Below are positions 35,137 through 47,883 of a DNA stretch of 64,000 bases, one piece after another. Numbering within the stretch: the first letter of the stretch is position 1; each line of letters starts with the position of its first letter. Source of the DNA: Octopus sinensis (lineage: Eukaryota); the NCBI RefSeq assembly GCF_006345805.1, contig NC_042998.1, positions 84,754,001-84,818,000 of the forward strand. The letters are read 5' to 3'. The translations under genes and the position numbers were made by a program. Under the pieces are notes generated by a model. It saw only the letters and a program-made list of their open reading frames with translations, was not told the DNA's origin and made no database searches.

Positions 35137-35899
35137 GTAAGTATATTCTTTTACAGTTTTATTCTCTAACCAGTTCAGTCATTCTCCTGTAGACATGTTA
35201 AGGGCCCACCTTCATATATTTAGCAACTCATATCAACCCTAGTATTTCTTTTAATATGCTACTTATTTTATTGGTCCCTATTTCTCAGGCTTCTACATTA
35301 CTGACATAAAAAGACACAATGTAAACAACAGTTTTTTTTTGTTTTTTTTTTAAACCTGTATAAACACCCACACACAAACATATCCAAGTTGGACGTACAA
35401 ATTAGCCACATTTTTGTTTTTATCAGTTTGCTAGTGAAAGGTCATCATTGTAGAGCTTCCAGTGTTGTGTATTAACTAAACTAAACTAAAAAAACAAAAA
35501 AACAACAACTTTAGACCCATATACATATGACTAATGATATGACTGAGATAAAAATATCTCTGGAACATTCTGCAAACTGAGTACAAATACTTAGATATGT
35601 TATAGGAGGTACTCACATACATATTATAATGATCTGGAAAACTTTGTTCAACTAAGATTTTAGCTCCATTACCACCAATTAGAAGTTGAAATTTCTCTGT
35701 AAAATGTTTAACTAGCTAAGGTATTGTATTTGTGTGTGTGAGAGAAAGAGAGATGGGGGGAGACTTCTGCATTGTTTTATTCTACTAAATTTCACTTTAA
35801 TTGTATTGACCGACTCAACATTATTGTGCAGTGCCACATAGGAACACAAAAAATTCATACCAAACTTAAGAAGCTATATAACATCATCATCACATCCAA

Positions 35900-36380
35900 A
35901 AAATTATCATAAGCACATAATTCAACTGAACAGCTTTCATATGACATGTCTTAGGCAAATATGCAAGGTTAAGTGAGATGACAGAGTAAAGAATAGCACT
36001 GTCCTGGAAATGTGTGGAATACCTTAATTGAATTAGCTTGAAAATTTGTGATGCAGTGTTGGCTGGCAACTTCTACGGTATAAGGAGAGATTCAAAAATA
36101 ATTTGAAACACCTGAATATCAGTAAAGATATTTTAAGACTCTTGCAAGAAACCATGCAGACTGGAGGAAAGAGAGCTTTTTCCAGCTTCAAAATTTCAGA
36201 ACTCAAAGGGTACTTCATCAAGATCAGTTATGAGAAAATAAAGCAACAGAACAACAATCTTCCTGTAAACCACCACTGTTCACATTGTGATTTCTCAGTT
36301 AGGTCACATACTGGTTTAATAAGTCATAGCCATATCTATATTGTTTTTGGTGGCCTAAGGACTCACATGAGTATTCACTA
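35900..36380 (+). mobile_element. Degenerate RTE LINE C-terminal remnant
   Basis: HHCSHCDFSVRSHTGLISH resembles the C-x2-C...GL.SH terminal motif of RTE ORFs. Confidence 0.5.
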
Positions 36381-37709
36381 AGTGAAGTGGATGAATTGTA
36401 AATGTTGGTGAATAGTAGTAATAGTAGTGTGAGTGTATTGTTGATTGTCTATTTGTGTACCAGTATAATTGTTTGGTAGGACCAGCTTGTTTTTTCTTCT
36501 GATATTACCTGATTCCTGTTTGGATTATTATTATTTTTTGTTTGCCTTCTTGCTGAACACTCGTAGGTAATTTTTGCCAGGAGAGTCCATTATATTAGAA
36601 AGTACAATAAACACTGGTGTGTATTATTTGTGACTTCATATGTTTTACCAATGTAAATTTCCTAAGTGTTGTAGTTACTTAAACCCTATACTGAAAGCAG
36701 ACTGGATGATGATAATCTGTGGGGTGCTTAACAGTAGCAGTGTTGTCCATCTGTTTGTAAATGCAAGACACTACATATATGTATACGTGTGTGTGTGTGT
36801 ATATATATCATCATCGTTTAACATCCGCTTTCCATGCTAGCATGGGTTGGACGATTTGACTGAGGGCTGGTGAACCAGATGGCTGCATCAGGCTTCAATC
36901 TTGATCTGGCAGAGTTTCTACAGCTGGATGCCCTTCCTAACACCAACCACTCCAAGAGTGTAGTGGGTGCTTTTACGTGCCACCAGCACGGGGCCAGTCA
37001 GGCAGTACTGGCAATGACCTCACTCGAATCTTTTACACATGCCGCCAGCACAAGTGCCAGTAAGGTGATGCTGGTAACGATCACGCTTGAATGGTATCTT
37101 TTACGTGCCACTGGCACAGAGGCTAGATAGCTGCTCTGGCAACAATCATGCTCGGATGGTGCTCTTAATACCCTACTAGCACAGGGCTCGAGTGCCAGTA
37201 AGGCGACGCTGGTAATGATCACTCGAATGGTGCTTTTAAGTGCCACTGGCATGGAAGCCAGTTAGCCGCTCTGTCAATGCTCACACTCGTATGGTGCTCT
37301 TTGCACTCCTCTAGCACGGATGCTAGTCATCGAATCTGATTTTGATTTTGATTTCACTTACCTCAACAGGTCTTCGCAAGCAGAGTTTTAGTGTCCAAAG
37401 AAGGAAAATGTATGCATAAGTAGGCTGGTTATGCCCCTGGCATAGGCCACGAGATTATAGTCTCATTTGGCTTGCCGAGTCTTCTCACGCATGGCATATT
37501 TCCAAAAGTCTCGATCACTAGTCATTTCCTTGGTGAGGCCTAAAGTTTGAAGGTCGTGCTTCACCACTGTCTGATGAATGGAAATGTGTATATACACACA
37601 CACACACACACACACACAAGTAAGCACAAAACAAGGTGGAAAAAATAGTACTCAAATACCGAAGGTAGAGTAATATGCTTTTTTATTAAAGCTAAAAAAA
37701 AATCACAAA

Positions 37710-37751
37710 AACTATAACTCAGAGTTTCACATTTCCATTCATCAGACAGTT
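37710..37751 (-). ncRNA. Minimal type I hammerhead ribozyme-like motif in a PLE terminal fragment; inverted partial copy at 37565-37588
   Basis: Minus strand: aactgt-CTGATGA-atg gaaa tgt-GAAAC tctga GTT-atagtt. Stem I aactgt/atagtt; stem II is ACG-GAAA-CGT if CpG decay is reversed. Confidence 0.55.
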
Positions 37752-37762
37752 GTGGTCAAGAC

Positions 37763-37795
<33 letters not shown>

Positions 37796-40700
37796 TCTAC
37801 ATTGTAGTTTTAATTTAGGATCACATCTCAAAAAGTCAATTCTCCAAATTTGGTCAGTATCTGCATTCTTTTTAAACTTTTCTTTTGTACACATTCTGTG
37901 TTACTAGGTCTCTATTAACTTAGTGATTTTTGTATACATTTCTGGTCTTGTTGCATATCCCAATATATTTCATTTTGACTGTTGTTAGATTAATCCTTTT
38001 GTAGTATACAATGTGCAGTCAATTAGAAGTTACAATATTTCAGTACGTCTACAAAGAACCGAACAATTCTAGAAATAGTATTTTAAGTTATAAGAATGGT
38101 TCTAAGATGCTGATACTTGGTCCACTTAGATTTCATGGCTTTTTCTTTTGCTCTTTATTTTAATTTAAGGATTCCAAATCAAACACATATATTACATCAT
38201 TAGTTATAAAATTAGATTATGCAGTCACTGAAAACATTGGTAGATACAAGTTCCCTAGTCTATTCAGGTAATGCAGTCATTTGTGAACAAGTTATTAAGC
38301 TTAATTTACACACACATACACACACCATCATCATCAGTATCATCATCATTTAACATTTGTTTCCCATGCTGGCATGGATTTGATATTTTAACTGGAACTG
38401 GAAAGCTGGAGAGCTGCACTAGGCTCCAGTCTGTTTTGGCCTGGTTTCTATGGCTGGATGCCCTTCCTAATGCCAACCACTTCACAGAGTGTATCAGTTG
38501 CTTTTAATGTGTCACTGGCAGGAGTGCTTTCAACGTGTCATTGGCATGGGTACCTTATGTGTCACCAGCATGAGTGCCTTCTACATGTCTCCAGATTGGG
38601 TGCCTTTTATGTGTCACTGGTACAGGTGCCTTTTACATGTCATCATTTTCATCATCAACATCATTTAATGTTCACTCTTATGCTAGCATGAGTTGGGCAG
38701 TTTGACAGGAGCTGGCAAGTTGGAAGACAGTGCTAAGCTCAAATGTATGCTTTGGCATGGCTTATACAGCTGGATGTCCTTCCTAATGCCAACCACTTTA
38801 CAGAATGTACTGGGTGCTTTTTATGTGGCACCAGCACAAGTGGAGTTACCAAGTACCTTGAAAGACTAGACTCCTCAGCAGAGGGGAAAATACTTTGTGG
38901 GGAGATGGCTTTATGTCAGGTGATGAGAGGTTAGAGTAAGATAGAGGGACAGAAAAAAGTGTCTTGCAGTAGAGAGAGAGAGAGAGAGAGTAAATGGTGT
39001 TGAAGATGCACTGGAGCATACGCTTAAGTTACAGAGAGCTATACAGAGGTGGTACAGAGGACTGGATAAGGTAGGTGGGTAGGTAAGTTGCTGAGAATGT
39101 GGAAGGAGAGAGTGAAGGGAGAATAATGTGAAATGAGGGGTTGTTAGGATGAGATTTCAGAGGCAGATTGGGTGTAGGAGCATAGACATTATCAACATGC
39201 CTATAGAGCCTTATTTTTACTTAGATGGATGGGTCTTCCCAGACACAGCAAGTCACCAATCATCTCGGTCCTTTGTCATCTCCTGTGTGAAGCTCAACAT
39301 CTGAAGGCCATTTTTCACTACTTCATCCCATGCCTTCTTGGATCTTCATCTTCCACATATTCCATCCAAGTGTATTATTCTCACCAGTCTAGGAAGGCCT
39401 TTGAAAGCCATGGGCTCTGCTCCTTAACATAAAAACATACATGTGCATGCGTGCACACACACACACACACACACACACTCTCTCTCTCTCTCTCTAGCCT
39501 TTCACTTCCAACTCATAATACTGCTTCCACATCTATGATGGTGACATTACTACAAATACTGACATTGTAAATCACATTACAAAAGAAAAAGAGAAAAGGC
39601 ATGCTGGTTGATAGGCTTTAAGTCACTCACCAACACAACCCAAGCCTAAGGTGTGAGGGTAAGATTATCAGCACAGTGAAAGTCAGAGTGATTCACACTA
39701 CTGATTTATTAATCTTTCTTCTTTGATAGTTAGGCCTTCGTCTTGGATGGAGTCAATACACTGCCTGAGGATGTAGTCCACTATAATTGCCAAGAAAAAA
39801 ACCAGTAAGGACATATTCCTGTAGGATTACTTCTATTATTGAAAATAGTTAGACTGTCTGTAAAGTTTGATGGATTTTTATACATGGTGGTCATGGCTTT
39901 GACATTCTCATCTGGACTACCATAATTCAACAGGATATGTAGCATGTCCTTTCTGTTGACACAAACAAATGCTTGGAAAAATAATATTAATGCCTTTTAT
40001 ATGGAGATTTTGAAATCCCCTACAATTCTTCTAAGGTCAAGCATTTGAGGTAGAGTTGATCTGTGTTTGCAGGAGTTGTTTTGATTCTACTTTAGAATGG
40101 GATATGTAAGATGAAATTCTATTTAGGCACTTACAGCTATAGATTTTTGAAGATAGAAGTAAAAATGGAATTCCTCTGTTGCTCTGAGGCAGGTGAAAGT
40201 TACTATTCTTTGAAATTGGAATAATTACAGGGTAGGCTTTAGTGGCCATGCTTAATAAAACAGTCACATCAGATGTTATATTTTGGAGACTTCCATACTG
40301 TAATAGAGAATTAAGACTGAAACACGTTAACTTAAAACTGAAGATCTACCAAAGCTGACAGAAAGATACATCTCTGTTGCAACCACTTGGAGAAGAAGGA
40401 AAAGGAGGACTGCATTAATCACTGAACTCACAACCAACTTTAATTTAACTAACAACACTTTTCTACATAATTTGCAAGTTATTTTTGATCATTTTATATC
40501 ATGCATTTTGTGATTGTGATCAGTACATAGAATATATACATACAATGATCTTCTGCATGATTTTTCCTTCTAAATTTCATTCACAGAGCATTGATCAACA
40601 TGAGGCTATGATAGACATTTACTTAGGGTTCTACAGCTAGCTATTACATCTAATTTTCTTAGAGACTCACAACTGCCTGCAGAGTGTAAAAACCTATAAA

Positions 40701-41080
40701 ACGCCTTCTCTGTGTTAATCACTGTAAAGTAAATTGTCTGTTGTAATTAAGGAATTTTCTTTCCTTATAAAGAGAAAAAATCAAATATTAGGAATAAAGC
40801 TGAAGTTGAAACTTGTGTGAATTGATGAAATATTTTCCTTCAGTATGTAACATCAAAGTTTGGTGATATAATCAATAGACTAGTACAACAGGCCAAATGG
40901 GTTATTATGTTTAGTTTCCTCCTTGAAATATTTAGTTTCTCCATCCCTGGATTGATAAAATAATTTCCACTAATGTACTGGGACTTCTGTCTTAATCAGA
41001 CTAAAGAATTTTTTTTGCTTCTTGTTGTTTGGTATCATTATTATTATTGATAATGAAATAATTCTAAATATACATTTTAG

Positions 41081-41211
41081 CTCCAGAAGAAGTATTGGAT
41101 ATAATTGCAAAGGAAAATGATTCTCAGTTAACAGTATCTTGGTCACCTCCTTCACAGTCAACGATCACACGCTACCGAATAGGTTATTCCGAATCATGTT
41201 CAAGGAGTCAA
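41081..41211 (+). CDS. RPTP exon D1: first part of FN3 no. 10 (phase 1-0, 131 nt)
   Basis: cattttag|CT CCA GAA...CAA|gtaagt; APEEVLDIIAKENDSQLTVSWSPPSQSTITRYRIGYSESCSRSQ (W.PP and Y.I.Y FN3 motifs). Confidence 0.88.
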
Positions 41212-44200
41212 GTAAGTATCTTACACATTCTGAAATTATTCAACTGATATAGTCACTTTGAATAGGTTTTAATGTCTTGTGTGGGGAAAGAATTTCATTA
41301 GTGTATGTTATAACATTTTCTGAAGAGAACTTTATTACTGTAAGTTTAATTTCAACTATTTACACTACTATATTCTTTCTCATATTTTAATTGTTTCAGT
41401 CATTGGACTGTAGCCATGCAGTCATGCAGGGTCACTGTGTTAAAGGATTTACTTGAGCAACTCGACCACTATACATGTTTTAAGTCTGGTACTTATTCTA
41501 TCTGTCTATTTTGCTAAACCACTGCATTATGGGGACTTAAACAAACCAACACTGGTTGGTTGTCAAGCAGTAGTGGGAGACAAACACACATACACACGCT
41601 ATGAGATTTCACAGAGTTTCTTTTTACCAAATTCATTTGCAAAGCATTTGATTGCCCTGGATCTATAGTAGAATACACTTGCCTGGGGTGCTGCATAATA
41701 GGACTGAACCTAAAAATACATAGTTGCAAAGTAAGCCTCTTAACCACATAGCGATGCCTGTGCCTTTGTAGATTTTTAATTTCTTGAGACAGTGTGAGTG
41801 TAAGGGGCTACAGTGCTGAAATAACAGCTCAAACAATTGCTGTTGAAATCTATCCTCAAGCATTCCGTCTTAATTTTTGTTAAAGCTTATTACCTTATTT
41901 GTCTCAGTCACAAATTAAAATGCCTGAAAGGACAATACTTAATTTCATTTTCTATAAAATCAAGTGAATGATAGATAAAAAAATCTCTTGAACAAGATTC
42001 TACATTATTCTTAGTTACTTTTCTCTGCTAAATATTGCGCTTATGTTAGGCAAACTAATTTAAGTAGAATTCTCTGACAATGGAATGTCTACGCTAACTT
42101 GGTCATTTATATTGCCAAAATGACCAGCCTAACAGAAATACATGCTACTTCAACATAATTTATTCATATTGTTTTGAATTTCTTATGCATTATCTTGTAG
42201 CTTCACAATTTCAAAAGTTGGATCATTTATTTTTATGACATTGTAGGGTAGGTGTGAAAAGCTGGATATCACTGGTTTGAGCATAAAACAGGTAGAATAT
42301 ATGGGCTAGATATGACTGTCTTATATGCTAAAAGATTAAGGTTATTCAACTCAGTATTAAAAAGAGCATCCAGTTATAAACATTTTGTTATACAAATTCA
42401 AATATTCAAATTTACAGAAATATCCAGTTGCTGCTAGCTTAGTAAAATGATGATGAAATTGTTTTAAAACTTCAAAAGAATCTATATGGAATTTCTCTGA
42501 GCATCTGTGACTGTTTTTAAGAAACTGCCTTTGGCAATGATACTTTATTCTCACTGGCCTAATCCAGCTAAATTAAATTAGTAGTATATTGTAGAACTTT
42601 TCAAGACCTTAATAACATGGAAAATTTCATACATGAAAACTTTGTGAAATGAAGAATAAAGAATAAATAAAACATGATGTGATCTTTATACAGCCTAGAA
42701 TTAAGTGTCATGAAATAGCTGAGACTTTTTATAATATCCAAGATAGATATAAACAAATAGCTGGCATGCCAATACCTTCTAGTTGCTAATTTGCATAGAA
42801 AGGGTTTGCCTGGTTGTTATGTCACAATAGTTAGTATATTCATCTGGATTATGATAGGTACATGGTTTAAGCCCCTTTAGTGGTTCTGTGCATATCTTTT
42901 CAGTCTAAGATTCTTGTTATAAAGTCTACTTTAATTTAATGTTTAGAAGTGAAATTCTTAACCATTTTACTTAACTGAATGCTACTAATATTGAAAAGTC
43001 ACATTTTATTGATGTAGATGCTGGTATAATGGTATAAATAATGAGCATTTCATTAGCTTGATGCAATTAGCTAAAATTCTTCTGTGGCTACTTAAAATAT
43101 ACAATTGAAGGACACCTAAGCATACTGTATTCAAAAGATCTTGAAATCATCTAATCACTAGCATTTTAATTTCCCTGAAATATTTGGTAATTTAACCCTT
43201 ATGTTGCCATCTTTCTGTTGAACTTCACTGCCTTTATTTCAATTAATTTCGAAAAGAATAATGAATCTATTAAAATAACTTTGCCATCATTAAACTGCTG
43301 TTTGGAATATAAATAACATGAAGTTTTAATGGCAGGTTTTAATTTAGATTACTTTAACCCTTTAGTGTTTAAACCAGCCATATCCAGCTCAAATATTCCA
43401 GTTGTTTTATGTTCAAACTGGCCAGATTCAACCTTTTGCAGCTACCCTAAGATGTCATTTTAAAACTAAACAAACACACCACTGAAGTCTCAAACCTACA
43501 AGATAATACATGGTTAATTCACAGTAATATGAATAAATAAGCATTGCATTTGCCAGAGCAATCTGAATGCTAAAGAGTTAAAACAAGAAGTTTGTACAAA
43601 AGAACCAAGGTTGGTCTTGAGCAACTTGGTATTTGAAGTGGTAAAGTATCAGAAAACCACAATAGCAAAAGAACAAAATCTTTTATTGCAAGTAGGACAC
43701 ATATGTTCTTTGATTATCTCATCAAAGAAGTCATGGATTAATTTTCTCATAAAATAGAAAAAAGTGATCATAAGAGAAGAAGAAAAAAAAAAGAAATGAA
43801 AAAGACAAAAGTGGCTCATCTGAAAAGCATTCATATTTTTGCATTTTCAGGACTGCTTATCTTGTAAGAAAGTAAAACAGAACACGGGAGGCTCTGGTTT
43901 TAAAGTAAGAACAAACTTTTATTATTATTTTTTATTTATATATTTTACATATAAATATTCTGAAAGTTTATTGTAAGAATGTTTGTGTGTGTTTGTCATT
44001 GTCTTTTTAATATCCACTTTTCAATGCTCCCATAGATCAGACAAAATTTGTTGAAGCAGATTTTCTAAGGCTAGGTACCCTTTCTGTCACCTACGTTCAC
44101 CTTGTTTTTTCAAGTGTGGTAGCATTTCCCTATTGCTAGACATGTTTATATGGAACATTGAAAACGAATGACACTTCTTATGTGACAGTGATGCTTATTT

Positions 44201-46012
44201 GCATCTATCGTGGTATATTTGAACAAGCACGCACACACACACACACACAAACACATGCATACGCATGCACATGATTGGCTTCTTTCATTTTCTGACTTTG
44301 ATTTGACCTGAAGCTATTAGCAGAAAGTACTGCACAGTGGGACAGACTCCAAAACTACATGGTTAAGATGCAAATTTCTTAACCATGCAACCATGCTATC
44401 ATCATCATCATTTTATGTCTTCTTTCCATGCTGGCATAGGTTAGGTGGGTGGTTTCTATCCAAGTCTGTTCTTATTTGGAGTTATTGCCATTACAGATCA
44501 TATCTTGCTCATATTTTTTTTTGCATGTTTCTAGGGATGGTTGCCCTTCACAGTACCAACCATTTTACCAGCTTTACTGGATACATTTTATTGAAGCACC
44601 AGCACTAGAAAGGATGTCATGTCCTCTTGACCTTGTGTTGTCTTTTTTTGATCAAGGCTGAATAAATGAAATAGTAATGATAAAGAGAGAATTAGGGCAT
44701 GTAGGTGAAAGAAGAGGGTGTAAGAGAAGAGAGAAATTGGGTGATAATTGTGAGAAGGTGATAGAGAGAGTAATAATAGAGACACAGTGATGATGATGAT
44801 CATCATCGTCATCGTTTCATGTCTGCTTTCCTTGCTGTCGCAAGTTGGATGGATTGTCATAGTCTGGGTCAGTTCTTATTCAGAGTTACTACCTTCTTAG
44901 GTGAGTCAGAGAAACCACATCTTGTTCCTACAGTCCATTTTTGCATGTTTTTGTGGCTTGATGCTATTGCTAGCATCAGCAACTTCACTGTGTTTTAGCT
45001 ACATTTGATTGTAGAATCAACACTAGAGAAAAAGAAAGAGAAAGAGAGAGAAGAAGGGAGGTTGTTGCCATGTTCTTTATGAGATTAAAGAGTTCTCTGT
45101 ACTCTTTGTTGGCTTTGTTTTTCAAGACAGATGTGAGCAAGAGAGTGTAATGACTAACTGAGTGGTAGAAAAGAGTGTGTGAAAAGGAGTGAGAAGTTAG
45201 TGAGGCAAAGAGGAATGTGATACTGATAGCTATATATTGATTTATGGTAAAAAAAAAAATTGAATAGAAAAGCAGTGTGTGTAGTGACACACAGGTACAC
45301 ACACACACACACACCTACATGTGGGTGTCTTTTCTTTCTGTTTGATTTCAATAATTTTTGTTTTATATAAATATATTTTATCTTATTTTTATTGGGATAT
45401 AACATGTATGTGTATGACACATATAATGCAGAACTACATTAAAAATATAAATCCAAAACTGGGAGAAAAAATGGAAAAAGAGGGACGAGGAAAGAAAAAG
45501 AAAAAAATAACCGAAAAGGAGAGAATGAAAAAAGAAAAAAAACATTAATTCAACACCAAGTGCTTCAATTGATTGCATGTCACAAGGTTCAATGGAACCT
45601 ACTGAAGCAAGCCAACATGCTCATGACATTACCATGGGCGATTGCAAGGCTAAGGTGTTGGAGCAGCCAAGCACCCTCATGAACATCACCTGACACCAAG
45701 GTAAGGCAAGCCACCAGTGATAACAAGAACTTCATTGTTAGTAGCCTAGCCCCTCCAAACATCTCAAACACCACAGGCTAGAAAAAATAGTTCACTAACA
45801 GGTCTTGATACTTAAGATTTTGTTCTGTTTGGCTACAAAAGCAGTGACCCTCTCATTTACTGCAGCATCCAGGATGTAGGAAGGAACAAAGGAATAACAG
45901 ACTGTGATATCCCAGATGAGGCACCTACCCCTTATACAGCGACAAAGGGTAAGACCATTCTGTTTGTATTTATGACTATAGTCTGTGTACAAAACGGATT
46001 TTTCTTTTTCAG

Positions 46013-46087
46013 GTGACGAGATCTAACGATATAAATGAGACATCGTATACATTCTCAACCAAACCGGGTTGTTGTTATCACATAATA
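46013..46087 (+). CDS. RPTP exon D2 (phase 0-0, 75 nt)
   Basis: tttttcag|GTG ACG...ATA|gtaagt; VTRSNDINETSYTFSTKPGCCYHII. Confidence 0.82.
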
Positions 46088-47119
46088 GTAAGTTTTTTGA
46101 TTTTTATTTCACGATATTAATAATTTTTCATTTTTAAATAAAATTCTCAGAAGGTATATCAACAGATAGAACTGAGGCCCTATCCTATATAAACTAAAAC
46201 GAGTTATTTTGGCAAGTCTGTCTTCAAAATAGCCAAATTCTTATATGGATAGAAATAATCATATGGTATTGAGTTGCATTTTCATATTTGTATTTCTCAA
46301 ACATCTCATTTAAACTTATTACATAAACATAGCAAAACTGAATAATGTGAAGTGAGCTGCAAACTTAATATACTTAACACTTGCTAATTGATGACTGCAT
46401 ATCCAAGTGTATTTACATGAATTTATTAACTTTAATAATGAAATAAAGTGTTCAGATAGTTTAGTTGAGATCAATCATGCAGTCTACACTAGTGTTTTAC
46501 TACCAAGTATCTACTAGCTTGCATCTAGTTAAACCTTATTGTTAAGATAGCCTGCTTGTTAGAGCTGCTTTAATCCTCGGAATTAATGCATGTACAATTT
46601 TCCTATTTTGTAAACAATTTGTACCCCTATTTGGGATTAAAATTCATATTAATGAGAATTTGTGATAGTAAGTGAATGATCATTATTTTGCTTTGAATTT
46701 TCTGAAGCTATGTTTTATTCTGTACAGAGTAATGTACATTATAAACTTTAAATGCTTTTTGAGAAAGCAACTTCTTATTTTATGTATAGCAAAGTTTATA
46801 TTCTTTCATAGCCAGCTGAAAAAGAGTACATTTGACTTAGCTGTACTGGCTCTGAGAAAAATCTAAGGTGTATTGAAACTATAGTAATCTCACTAGTTAC
46901 TTGTACTGATCACATGCTCTTGAAACAATTTTTCAGCAAGGCTAATTTTATTTACATATAAAAAGCTGATTATTTAATATTTGTTTGATTGAATATAATT
47001 TTAATTTCACATTAGAAATAAGAAAAAAACATTAAAATGAATAATACCACAATAGACAAAATTAAACCAGATTTATGACACCCCTAAATTAAAATTAAAG
47101 TTATTATTAAATCTTTTAG

Positions 47120-47186
47120 ATTTGGGCATTTAACAGCGTTGTACAAGGGAAACCAACTTATCACAAATGCAGAACAACATCTTACA
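47120..47186 (+). CDS. RPTP exon D3 (phase 0-1, 67 nt)
   Basis: cttttag|ATT TGG...TAC A|gtaagt; IWAFNSVVQGKPTYHKCRTTSY completes the FN3 (Y.I.IWA.N...G.P). Confidence 0.82.
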
Positions 47187-47640
47187 GTAAGTTAAATATT
47201 TAAAGAACCATCTTAAAAACCTATTTTTTTCCACAGTAGTATGGCTTGGTGAGACATGAGAAAATAAAACAAAAAGAGCTTTTATTTAGTTGACAGCTCA
47301 AAAACATCTCTAACTTTCTCAACTGCAACATAACATCTTGTCTCATGTTAGATGAATCACCACTAATTTAAAGTAATTTTTTTTCTCTCTTCTAATATTC
47401 CCAGATTACTAATACTGGTAAGGTTTTCAAAACTCACTTTAATTCCAACTTTATTGTTAACAGTCTACTCTCCTTACATTTAACCCTTTCATTATCATAT
47501 TTTTGTTGAAATACACTGCCTTTGTTTTAATTAATATTGAAAACAAAATGAAGAATTTAATAGAATAATGTATCATTATTAAGATGGTGTTTGGAACATA
47601 AATTGATATGAAATTTTGAAGGAAGGTTTTTAATTTAGAT

Positions 47641-47883
47641 CAGTGATTCTCAACTGGAGTCCTTATGACCCTTGGGGTCTGATATGGAATATCAGATTTT
47701 GTTATAATTTCTCTGCAATAAATCTGTTATACTTCTGAAATTCACAAAATATTTTAGCAATCTTTATGCAATTTCTAATAATATTTCATTATAAAAATAT
47801 TACGATATTTTAAATATAGAATTGCTAGAAGGGTCCATGAATAAAATAAGAGACCTCAGGTGAAAAATGGTTGAGAAACACTG
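47641..47883. mobile_element. hAT-type MITE with 8-bp TSD
   Basis: CAGTGATTCTCAAC ... GTTGAGAAACACTG; flanks ATTTAGAT / ATTTAGGT. Confidence 0.8.

Noticed and set aside
39500-40330. Possible further LINE relic (also ~48000-48760)
   Set aside because: Too decayed to identify diagnostic motifs confidently.
44985-45578. Cluster of overlapping 66-109 aa ORFs, one ending in a Lys/Glu-rich tail
   Set aside because: Low-complexity purine- or pyrimidine-rich intron sequence; no splice-consistent link to the gene, whose phases already close between D1 and D2.
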